NCBI GenBank assembly: GCA_027038275.1
Contig: JALVXC010000182.1
Coordinates: forward strand, 6,501 to 70,500
Direction of reading: 5' to 3'
Source: Campylobacteraceae bacterium
GTDB taxonomy: Bacteria; Campylobacterota; Campylobacteria; Campylobacterales; Sulfurovaceae
DNA: 64,000 nt
Shown here: positions 48,707 through 56,482 of the stretch, piece by piece
Position numbering within the stretch: position 1 is the first letter of the stretch
Layout: every line of letters starts with the position of its first letter
Translations under genes and position numbers: made by a program
The notes under the pieces: generated by a model
The model's input: the letters and a program-made list of their open reading frames with translations, nothing else
Told to the model about the DNA's origin: nothing
Databases searched by the model: none

Positions 48707-50445
48707 AAACCATTCTCTTTTAAAAAATCATCTAACTCTTGATTTATCATCTCCACAATTTCATCTTCAACAATGGCTTTTTTACCTTTGACTCTCTTGG
48801 CTATTATCTCATGAATTTTAGTATATATAAAGTCATCATCTGTCTTAAGATTCTCATCACTATTTCTTGCTCTTGCTGTTGTCATATCAAAGAGAGGTGA
48901 GGTACTAAGGTTGTTTGCCATTAGATTTTTTATGCTACTCATTGGTTGAGATATTTTTGTTTCTCCGTTTTCTTTGTAGACCTTATAAAATACTGCTTTT
49001 TTACTAGCTCCAAGAATAGTTGCTGTACTATGTGTAATCATTATAAATTGTATTTTAGGAAAAATCATTCTAAGATTATAAACAAAATTATATTTCCAAG
49101 TTGGATGAAGATATAAATCTACCTCATCTATTAGGACTATGGCTTTAAAATATTTCAACTTTGTAACTTTCTCATCTTCATCTTCTTGATTTTCGATTAG
49201 TCTTGAAACTAAATCACAAAGCCATATTAGAGTACTTTTATAACCCTCTGAGAACTCTTTAAATTGAACAGATGAATTATATTTGTCATAAAAAGTTATC
49301 TGATTACCATCTTTTTTTATTTCAATTTTATCTTTAAAAATATGCTTATTTAACTTTTCAATAAACTCTTCAATTAAACCATTATCACTTTTTAAAACAT
49401 CTAAAGGTTTTTTCAAAAAAGTAGTATCTTTAAAATCACTTGTATCAAAAATTCCACTATATCCATATTTATCAAATTCTTCTCTAACTTTATTTCGATT
49501 GATTCCATAAGCAAAAACATTTTTAATATTTTTATCATCACTATAATCATTTGAAAATTCATCTTTTATAAAAAAATCTTTCTCTTTTTCATCCCGAATA
49601 TATTCAATAATTTGTCCTGAATACTCTTTTTTTAAACCCAATACAATAGCTTGAAGCAAAATGGTTTTACCATCACCATTTCCACCCACAAAATATATCT
49701 CTTTTTTATCTTTTAAATGAGTTATCTCTATATCTTTTATTGAAAAGTAATTTTTTATTTTAATAGCACCTAAATAGCCAAATTTATGAGACGCTATCTC
49801 TTTAATCTTTTTTAAGTCTTTTTCTAAGGTTTCTAATAGAACCTCTAAATCTTCCATTTTTTTTAAATAGATTGGATATAATAAATTATCATTAAGATTT
49901 TGCTTTTCAAATTCATCTTTATTCTCTTCTAATGTTATAAAAATAGACTCACTTATCCAATTACATGTAGATGATAATTCGATACAATTTGAAAAAATAA
50001 TATAAGATTTGTCATAAAATTCTCGACGTCTCAACTGTTTAATATTGTTATCTTCTTTTTTAATATTTTTTAAAAAATAATCTAATTCCTTTTTTTCTAT
50101 ATCAAAAATAGTACCATATTTTATTATTGCTGATGTTTTTGTTAAAAAACTATATTTTCTTTTTATATCTTCAACATATTTAGAAATTTTTTTATTTATT
50201 TTATTTTCTAAAGATTTTTGAGGAATTTCTTTTGGTAGCATTTTTTTTAAAATTTTTTTAAAATCTTTTTGAAAAATCTCTGTTGTGGAAATAAGTTGTA
50301 AAAAAAACTCTGATGTAAACAATGAATAATAATCATCTTCTTCCGATTGTATAATATCTAAAAGTATTTCATAATTTTCATTATCTCTTGGATTTTTTGG
50401 GTCAAAAATACACTTACCTGTCTTATCTTTATTGATAGCCATCAC
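48703..50445 (-). CDS. ptuA: PtuA-like ABC/OLD-type ATPase (AAA_15/21-like) with ~220-aa N-terminal extension
   Basis: Walker A FVGGNGDGKT at aa ~253-261, FSEGYKS, Walker B VLIDEVDLYLHP and H-loop MITHS. The first ~220 aa have no recognisable motif. Confidence 0.65.
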   Translation of the reverse strand: MMAINKDKTGKCIFDPKNPRDNENYEILLDIIQSEEDDYYSLFTSEFFLQLISTTEIFQKDFKKILKKMLPKEIPQKSLENKINKKISKYVEDIKRKYSFLTKTSAIIKYGTIFDIEKKELDYFLKNIKKEDNNIKQLRRREFYDKSYIIFSNCIELSSTCNWISESIFITLEENKDEFEKQNLNDNLLYPIYLKKMEDLEVLLETLEKDLKKIKEIASHKFGYLGAIKIKNYFSIKDIEITHLKDKKEIYFVGGNGDGKTILLQAIVLGLKKEYSGQIIEYIRDEKEKDFFIKDEFSNDYSDDKNIKNVFAYGINRNKVREEFDKYGYSGIFDTSDFKDTTFLKKPLDVLKSDNGLIEEFIEKLNKHIFKDKIEIKKDGNQITFYDKYNSSVQFKEFSEGYKSTLIWLCDLVSRLIENQEDEDEKVTKLKYFKAIVLIDEVDLYLHPTWKYNFVYNLRMIFPKIQFIMITHSTATILGASKKAVFYKVYKENGETKISQPMSSIKNLMANNLSTSPLFDMTTARARNSDENLKTDDDFIYTKIHEIIAKRVKGKKAIVEDEIVEMINQELDDFLKENGL

Positions 50446-50485
50446 CCCTTACCTTTTTAATTTTTTATTGTATTTTAACATATTT

Positions 50486-51646
50486 TTACAATTCCAAAAG
50501 CCTCTTTACTCTTCTTTGAATAAAAGCTTCTATCCTCTTTAACCTCTTAGCCGAAAGATTATAGGTAGAGTGCCTTTCAAACTTAAAATTAATAAGCTTC
50601 CGAACTCTCTTCTTCTCTCTACTCGTCACAACAGAAGTAGCAAAACTCATAAAATCCCCTGCATTTTTCATGCTCTTTGTCTGTGCAAACTCATCTATGC
50701 GTTCTAGGTCATCATCCATGGCATCATAAAAGAGAGACAAACCATTGTCAAAAATGGGTGCAGGTTTTACAATCTTATTTGTTTTATTGTCAATTAAAAG
50801 ACCAAAGTTTCCAAAGTGTCTGTCGGTGTTGAGAATGATAATGTCAAAAATAAGCATATCGACCAATGCTTCATAAAACTCATCGCCTAACTCTTGATAA
50901 TAGCCTAAAACAGCATCCCAACCACCCTCTTTTACTAGATGATAGATAGGAACAAAAGAGTACTCTTTTGAAGAGAAGAGTTTACAGATGGAGTTTACTT
51001 CACCTCTCCACTTTCCCAAAGTGTAAGGGGTAGCTTCTAAACCCATTGCATTAGCTATCTGATAAGCATAAAATTCAGAGTATGGCTCTTTACCACAGTT
51101 AGCACACCCTTTTGAACCTGATTTGTAGAGAAAAATCCCTTCTCTCTTTTGAGGGTTTTTACGCCACGCTTTGGCTAACATTCCATTGGTGGTAAACTCT
51201 GGACTAGAGATAAATCCTTGCTGTTTTACACTTCCATAACCTGTATAGGCTAACAAGGAGAGAGTTTTATTAAAGTCATTATCATACAAGTTATACTCTG
51301 CAAAAGTACCTCTAAAATCCTCTTGGACTATCCAATAACAATCATTAAGCGAGAGTGATTTAGAGATAGCAACAATCCCCTCAATGTCATCAAAGCTTAA
51401 ACCCAACTCCATAAGAACTTTATGAACAAAGGCTCTGTTTTTTGGAATAGTTCGGGATTTTATCCATGAGAGAAGAGAGCTATTTTCTAGCTCTAAGCCA
51501 AGTGGGAGAAAGGTTTTATACTCTTGATATATCTCTACTATCTCTAGTTGTGTACCTGCACGAGGAGTATTTACAAATTTAAATTTTATGAGATTTTTAT
51601 CGAAATGTTTTAAGATGTAATTCAAATTTTTTTCTCCTCTTCCCAT
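50486..51646 (-). CDS. HipA-like serine/threonine kinase (HipA_C core)
   Basis: Catalytic region IILNTDRHFGNFGLL...PAPIFDNGLSL and N-terminal WIKSRTIPKNR, as in HipA-like proteins. Confidence 0.65.
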   Translation of the reverse strand: MGRGEKNLNYILKHFDKNLIKFKFVNTPRAGTQLEIVEIYQEYKTFLPLGLELENSSLLSWIKSRTIPKNRAFVHKVLMELGLSFDDIEGIVAISKSLSLNDCYWIVQEDFRGTFAEYNLYDNDFNKTLSLLAYTGYGSVKQQGFISSPEFTTNGMLAKAWRKNPQKREGIFLYKSGSKGCANCGKEPYSEFYAYQIANAMGLEATPYTLGKWRGEVNSICKLFSSKEYSFVPIYHLVKEGGWDAVLGYYQELGDEFYEALVDMLIFDIIILNTDRHFGNFGLLIDNKTNKIVKPAPIFDNGLSLFYDAMDDDLERIDEFAQTKSMKNAGDFMSFATSVVTSREKKRVRKLINFKFERHSTYNLSAKRLKRIEAFIQRRVKRLLEL

Positions 51647-51810
51647 TAAACATCTTTTTTATCATCACAAAAATATGGATTAAAAAAAGAATGAATAGCC
51701 AATCCTACCATAAGAAAATCCATCCACTCTTTAAAGTTATTAAGAGCCATAGAGATAGCAAAAAATAGAAAAACAGCTAAATATAAAATTCTCTCTTTAC
51801 ATTTTAACAT
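51646..51810 (-). CDS. 54-aa small membrane protein, translationally coupled to the HipA-like gene
   Basis: MLKCKERILYLAVFLFFAISMALNNFKEWMDFLMVGLAIHSFFNPYFCDDKKDV. Its TAA overlaps the kinase ATG (TAATG). It is below the ORF-track cutoff. Confidence 0.35.
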   Translation of the reverse strand: MLKCKERILYLAVFLFFAISMALNNFKEWMDFLMVGLAIHSFFNPYFCDDKKDV

Positions 51811-51831
51811 ATTGTTGAACTTATGATTAAC

Positions 51832-51857
51832 GGTGCGATAGCAATCGCACCCTACGG
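51832..51857. repeat. GC-rich palindromic element, copy B (GGTGCGATAGCAATCGCACCCTACGG)
   Basis: Reverse complement of copy A (22908-22933) with a single loop difference. It overlaps the ubiE stop codon. Confidence 0.6.
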
Positions 51858-52580
51858 TTTTTGGGCAATTAGAAGTGTTGAGATACCCATTGTGAAAGAT
51901 TTGGTATACCTCATCTCAAACCCTGCCTCAACAAGCTCTTTCTCTAACATCTCAGTAGTCAAGAACCCCTCAATAGAGTCAGGTAAGTACTTATAGGCTT
52001 CATAGTTTTTAGATATTAACCCACCAACTCTAGGTAGAACCTTTTTCATTCCAAAATCTACTACTTTATCAAAGATTCCCTCTCGCTCTTGTTTAGTGAA
52101 CTCTAAAATAACCACAATCCCTTTTGGTTTTAAAGCCCTATAGAACTCTTGCAGAGCCTCTACTCTGTCAACCACATTACGAATACCATACGAAATAGAG
52201 ATAAGTTCAGTTGAACTATCCTCTACAGGTAACTCTTGTGCTTTTCCCTCTTTAAACTCGGCGAAATCTATCTTTTTTCTTGCTACCTCTAACATTCCTA
52301 CAGATGGGTCTACACCTACATAGTTTTGAACATCTACCCCTTTTTTGTCTGCATACTCTTTCCAAAAGAGAAGTAAATCTCCTGTTCCACATGCCACATC
52401 GGTAATCTGTTCTAACTCTTTACTGTTCAATATCTCATAAGCTTTTTCACAAGCTGTTTTTCGCCATTTAATGTCTATGCCCATACTTAGGACTCGGTTT
52501 GTTAAATCGTAAGTTGAAGCGATGTTATCAAACATCGTTACAATCTTTTCTTGTTTTGCTTTTTTATCTACTGTTTCCAA
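51852..52580 (-). CDS. ubiE: demethylmenaquinone/ubiquinone methyltransferase UbiE/MenG
   Basis: FDNIASTYDLTNRVLSMGIDIKWRK and the SAM motif DVACGTGD. Confidence 0.9.
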   Translation of the reverse strand: METVDKKAKQEKIVTMFDNIASTYDLTNRVLSMGIDIKWRKTACEKAYEILNSKELEQITDVACGTGDLLLFWKEYADKKGVDVQNYVGVDPSVGMLEVARKKIDFAEFKEGKAQELPVEDSSTELISISYGIRNVVDRVEALQEFYRALKPKGIVVILEFTKQEREGIFDKVVDFGMKKVLPRVGGLISKNYEAYKYLPDSIEGFLTTEMLEKELVEAGFEMRYTKSFTMGISTLLIAQKP

Positions 52581-52614
52581 AAGGTCTACTCCATATTTAG
52601 TAAGAGTATTATAC

Positions 52615-53619
52615 CTAATCTTTTACTAAACGTGACCACAGCATTATATCAATATCTTTAGACTCTTGGTGTAAAAACTTCAAATCAATATTGACATTAT
52701 AGTTTGAAGAGTGAGATGAAAGTTTTGGTGTTTGGTATTGAAGTAGCCAATCAATCTTATCTTTTAAAGCATTTAACATTCCTTCTCCACCCTCAACTAA
52801 TATAAACGATGGCTCTGAAAAGTCCAAATTTTGAGCCACCTCAACCTCTCGCCCCTCTACACTAAAGAGAGGAATAGTTCTGTCAAAATCATCTCTTTTG
52901 GAGTAGATAACAATGTCTGGTGCTTTATCTTGCGTAAATCTACAATCAAGCGTAGGTCTGTCAACCCTAACTGTATTACCCCCAATAACCATCTTAGTAC
53001 ATACAGAACGCAACTGATGAACATGAGTAAGTGAAGCTTTAGAGCTTAAGTAGCCTCCTCCAATCTTTCCATTAGAAGTTTGAGCTATCTTAAAGAGAAT
53101 AAAGGTTCTCTTTTGCCAAATTAAAAAAGGCTCAAGCAACTCCAAAGCCTCTTTTTCACAAACACCTACCTCAACTTCTATCCCTTGTTCTTGAAGTCGC
53201 CCTACCCCTCCATCATGCCCTTTTATAGGGTCGAGTGTAGCTACAACTACTTTTTTGGGTTTTAACTCTGCTAACAGAGAGGCACAAGAGGGGGTTTTAC
53301 CTTTATGTGAGCAGGGTTCAAGAGTTACATAAACAATACACTCTGAAAAAAAGCCTTTTGGCAAAGAGTAAAGAAACTCATGAGCTTTGTGAGCATCAAA
53401 TCTGTCAAACTCTATCTTTTTGTCTGAAAGAGTCTCATAGGCTGATAAAAATGCTAAAACCTCTGCATGAGAAGTTCCTGCTTTTTGGTGGGCTTCTAGG
53501 GCTATTATCTCATTGTTATATAGAACTAATGCTCCCACAGCTGGGTTTGGGTAAGTTCCAAGTTGGTATTGCCATGCTTTTTTTAGGGCTTGGGTCATGT
53601 AAATTTGATTACTTGTCAT
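52615..53619 (-). CDS. ribD: bifunctional riboflavin biosynthesis deaminase/reductase RibD
   Basis: PNPAVGALV, HAEVLA and TLEPCSHKGKTPSC deaminase motifs, plus a C-terminal reductase domain. Confidence 0.88.
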   Translation of the reverse strand: MTSNQIYMTQALKKAWQYQLGTYPNPAVGALVLYNNEIIALEAHQKAGTSHAEVLAFLSAYETLSDKKIEFDRFDAHKAHEFLYSLPKGFFSECIVYVTLEPCSHKGKTPSCASLLAELKPKKVVVATLDPIKGHDGGVGRLQEQGIEVEVGVCEKEALELLEPFLIWQKRTFILFKIAQTSNGKIGGGYLSSKASLTHVHQLRSVCTKMVIGGNTVRVDRPTLDCRFTQDKAPDIVIYSKRDDFDRTIPLFSVEGREVEVAQNLDFSEPSFILVEGGEGMLNALKDKIDWLLQYQTPKLSSHSSNYNVNIDLKFLHQESKDIDIMLWSRLVKD

Positions 53620-53790
53620 TAAAACTCTCCATCTTCCATAAGAGCTTCTTTCTTATCATCTAGCACCTCTTTTAACGAATTATTTAGCAAGGTTTTACTC
53701 CTTTCATACTCATTTCTATCTTCACTTATGGCATAGATTCTTGGTGTTTTATTGACATTTTAGCTGAATTTTCTTTTCCGTAGTTTTTAG

Positions 53791-53956
53791 CATTACTACA
53801 TTTTAGACAAATCACCTAAAGGCTAAAATCTATAAACTAGAGGAAAATGAGTATATTAAACAAGGTGATTTCTCTTTGGAAGAGTATGAATTTAATGATT
53901 TGGAGTGTGAAGCCTCAATAGATTTTGAGGCTGTATTTGAGAAGTTTAGGAAATAG
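53791..53956 (+). pseudogene. C-terminal remnant of a second Uma2-family endonuclease gene (frameshifted, no start)
   Basis: 53807-53956 reads TNHLKAKIYKLEENEYIKQGDFSLEEYEFNDLECEASIDFEAVFEKFRK*. This parallels the intact paralog tail ...ARVYKNDDFSFKKVGEFDTESLEFEEITCEFTFDFGAIFERFREK*. HYYILD (compare KYYVLV) lies in a shifted frame just upstream. Confidence 0.5.
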
Positions 53957-54712
53957 TTATAAGAACGCCAAAAGCGAAGCTGTAACAGCCACATTCAGAG
54001 ACTCAACTCCACGTTTCATAGGAATAGCAATAGAAGCTGTACTCAAAGCCTCTACCTCTTTACTCACTCCTTCACTCTCATTACCCAATACAAAAACAGT
54101 TTTTTCTCCATAATCTTCATCTTTATAACTCTTTTTTGCATAAGAAGAGAGAGTATAGATAGAACTTGAAGCCTTTTTAAACTCCTCTAAACTCTTTGCT
54201 AAATTTTTTACCTTAATAATAGGCATTTTAAAGAGTGTACCCACAGAAGCTTTAATAACTAATGGGCTAATTTGAGCTGAATTTTTAGTAGGGAGTAAAA
54301 TAGCATCAATATCTCCTGCTGTTGCAGAGCGAATAATCATACCTAGGTTTTGAGGATTATGTATACCATCTAGTGCCAAAACTCTAAAAGAGCTATTTTG
54401 AGCTAAAAACTCCTCTTGGGTTAGAGATTTTTCTAAAACAATATCAAGTGCTACCCCTTGGTCCTGTTTGGCATTTTTAGAGATACGCGAAAGTGCTTTT
54501 TTATCATGATAGGCTATCTCTATATCTCTTTTTTTTGCTAGAGTCACCATTTTGTCAAGTTGGGCTACACTTTTGTTAGAATTAGAAAAGTGTAACTTAT
54601 GAATGGTAAGTGTTTTGTCTGCTAGGGCTTCTAATACAGCATTACGTCCATAAATAGTAATAATTTTATCAAAAAAAGCCCGTTTAGCAAGATACTCTGG
54701 AGAGTCTTTCAT
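53957..54712 (-). CDS. TrmH/SpoU-family RNA 2'-O-methyltransferase (RlmB-like)
   Basis: IYGRNAVLEAL, LDGIHNPQNLGMIIRSA, VLGNESEGVS and SLNVAVTASLLAF motifs. Confidence 0.85.
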   Translation of the reverse strand: MKDSPEYLAKRAFFDKIITIYGRNAVLEALADKTLTIHKLHFSNSNKSVAQLDKMVTLAKKRDIEIAYHDKKALSRISKNAKQDQGVALDIVLEKSLTQEEFLAQNSSFRVLALDGIHNPQNLGMIIRSATAGDIDAILLPTKNSAQISPLVIKASVGTLFKMPIIKVKNLAKSLEEFKKASSSIYTLSSYAKKSYKDEDYGEKTVFVLGNESEGVSKEVEALSTASIAIPMKRGVESLNVAVTASLLAFL

Positions 54713-54718
54713 AAAGTT

Positions 54719-55540
54719 CTATTCACCATTCCAAGCAATAACCTGTTTACCATCTTCATTAATCTCAACTGCTGGCATTCCCATAATATTGAACCCACCA
54801 TCAACATAGTGAATCTCACCTGTAACACCTGCACTAAGGTCTGAAAGCAGATACATACCAGAGTTTCCAACATCTTTTATGGTTACATTTCTCTTAAGTG
54901 GTGAGTGGGCTGCATTCCACTTTAACATAAACCCAAACTCTCCAATTCCTGCTGCGGCTAGAGTCTTAATAGGACCAGCAGAAATAGCATTTACACGAAT
55001 ACCATCGCGACCTAAATCTTCTGCTAAATACTTTACTGTCATCTCCAATGTTGCTTTTGCAATCCCCATAAGGTTATAGTTTGGAATATATTTTACACCA
55101 CCATAGTAAGTAAGTGTAAGTACAGATGAGTTGTCAGAAAGGACAGGCTTTAGCTCTCTTACAATCTCAATAAGTGAGTAGACTGAAATATCCATAGCCA
55201 TGTTAAAAGCCTCTTTTGAGATATTATGAAAGCGTCCCATAAGCCCCTCTTTTGGTGCAAAAGCTATAGAGTGAACAATAAAATCTATTTGACCCATATC
55301 TTTTTCAATACTATCTTTAAGTGCCTTTATCTCTTCTGGTTTGGTCACATCACATGGATAAAATCTCTCACCACAACCTAGCTCCTCTGCTACTGGTGCT
55401 AACTTCTTCTCAAAACGTTCGTTTAAGAAAGTAATAGCTACCTCTGCTCCTTGCTCTCTACATGCTTGTGCTATTCCAAATGCTATTGATTTTTTATTTG
55501 CAATTCCAAGTATGATACCTTTTTTGCCTTTCATTATCAT
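54719..55540 (-). CDS. fabI: enoyl-[acyl-carrier-protein] reductase (NADH) FabI
   Basis: GKKGIILGIANKKSIAFGIA and the Y..M..AKA catalytic region. Confidence 0.93.
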   Translation of the reverse strand: MIMKGKKGIILGIANKKSIAFGIAQACREQGAEVAITFLNERFEKKLAPVAEELGCGERFYPCDVTKPEEIKALKDSIEKDMGQIDFIVHSIAFAPKEGLMGRFHNISKEAFNMAMDISVYSLIEIVRELKPVLSDNSSVLTLTYYGGVKYIPNYNLMGIAKATLEMTVKYLAEDLGRDGIRVNAISAGPIKTLAAAGIGEFGFMLKWNAAHSPLKRNVTIKDVGNSGMYLLSDLSAGVTGEIHYVDGGFNIMGMPAVEINEDGKQVIAWNGE

Positions 55541-55639
55541 AGGTTTGTCTCCAGTTAAATTTAATGTCGCATTTTATCACGATTGAGATAGAATATAAAT
55601 AAAAATAGAAAAAGTAAAAAAAGGAAAATATAAAAAGCT

Positions 55640-56134
55640 ATGAAAAAAATATTAATTTTAAATACAGGTGGTACTTTTAATAAAATATACAATCCACTAA
55701 CAGGTAATTTAGATGTTGAACAGACAGGAAAAGCAATAAAAGCAATTGCTAAAGGTGCATTAACAAAATTTAAAATAAAAAATATTATAGGAAAAGATAG
55801 TCTCGATATGACCGATGAAGATAGAGAACTTATTGTTAAAGCTATAAAAGAGACAAAAAGAGAGTATATTATTATAGTTCATGGAACAGATACCATGCAC
55901 AAAACTGCTCAATATATTGCAAAAAAGGAGATAAATAAAAAAGTCATACTAACAGGTGCAATGGTACCATATTCTGTAAACCCCATAGAATCGGCATTTA
56001 ATTTAGGGGCTGCCTTTGGGTATTTACAGACTATTCAAAAAGGAGGAGTATATATATCCATGAATGGAATAATTAAAGATTACAAAAGAGTAGTTAAAAA
56101 CAAAGAAAAAGGATATTTTGAAAAGTCAAAATAG
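55640..56134 (+). CDS. asparaginase-domain protein (N-terminal domain only)
   Basis: ILILNTGGTFNK and VHGTDTM motifs; 164 aa. Confidence 0.7.
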   Translation: MKKILILNTGGTFNKIYNPLTGNLDVEQTGKAIKAIAKGALTKFKIKNIIGKDSLDMTDEDRELIVKAIKETKREYIIIVHGTDTMHKTAQYIAKKEINKKVILTGAMVPYSVNPIESAFNLGAAFGYLQTIQKGGVYISMNGIIKDYKRVVKNKEKGYFEKSK

Positions 56135-56154
56135 ACACTCTTTGTAATCTTAGT

Positions 56155-56284
56155 ACAACGACATATTGAAAAAATATTTATTCTATGGTGACACCCTAGA
56201 CAGTTTTAGAGAACGTCCTCTAAGGGACATAATACTAATTCAGGAAATAGGGGAGAGCTAAAGTGCCATCCTATATGTCGTCGT
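56155..56284 (-). ncRNA. candidate structured RNA/element closed by a 12-bp terminal stem; shares a 20-nt exact segment with rnpB P12
   Basis: ACGACGACATAT (56284->56273) pairs with ATATGTCGTTGT (56166->56155). That gives one G-U on the minus strand, whereas the plus-strand reading has an A-C mismatch. TATAAT on the minus strand at 56296->56291. Internal hairpin GTCC-CTTAGA-GGAC. Confidence 0.3.
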
Positions 56285-56482
56285 AAGAGAATTATAATAC
56301 ATTTTAACTTAAAGAAACATAAAACGAGCAAAAAAAAACATAAAGAAACATTTTTTTTACTGTTATATGATTTTGTTTTAATTAAAGCTACTATATATAA
56401 TGCTTTATCATCTATAAAAAAGTATCTATTATTAACCTCTCATAGGTTATAATCCATCAACTTTTTATATTGAGAGAAGCAA

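Noticed and set aside
47987-50445. The possibility that the PtuA/PtuB-like pair is the effector module of a retron
   Set aside because: No reverse transcriptase ORF and no obvious msr/msd-type structured region flank the pair. The neighbours are xseA and the HipA-like gene.
53620-53760. FMN riboswitch upstream of ribD. I likewise looked for a Moco riboswitch upstream of modA (32821-32960) and a T-box or attenuator upstream of trpB.
   Set aside because: None of the conserved core sequences of these RNA families are visible, and these regulators are generally absent from this phylum.
56155-56284. A retron msr/msd, SRP RNA, 6S RNA or type I toxin-antitoxin as the explanation for the stem-closed element
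   Set aside because: There is no adjacent RT. The SRP domain IV consensus (GGAA tetraloop context) is absent. The element is too short for 6S and lacks the central-bubble layout. The only peptide ORF is 15 aa and basic rather than hydrophobic.
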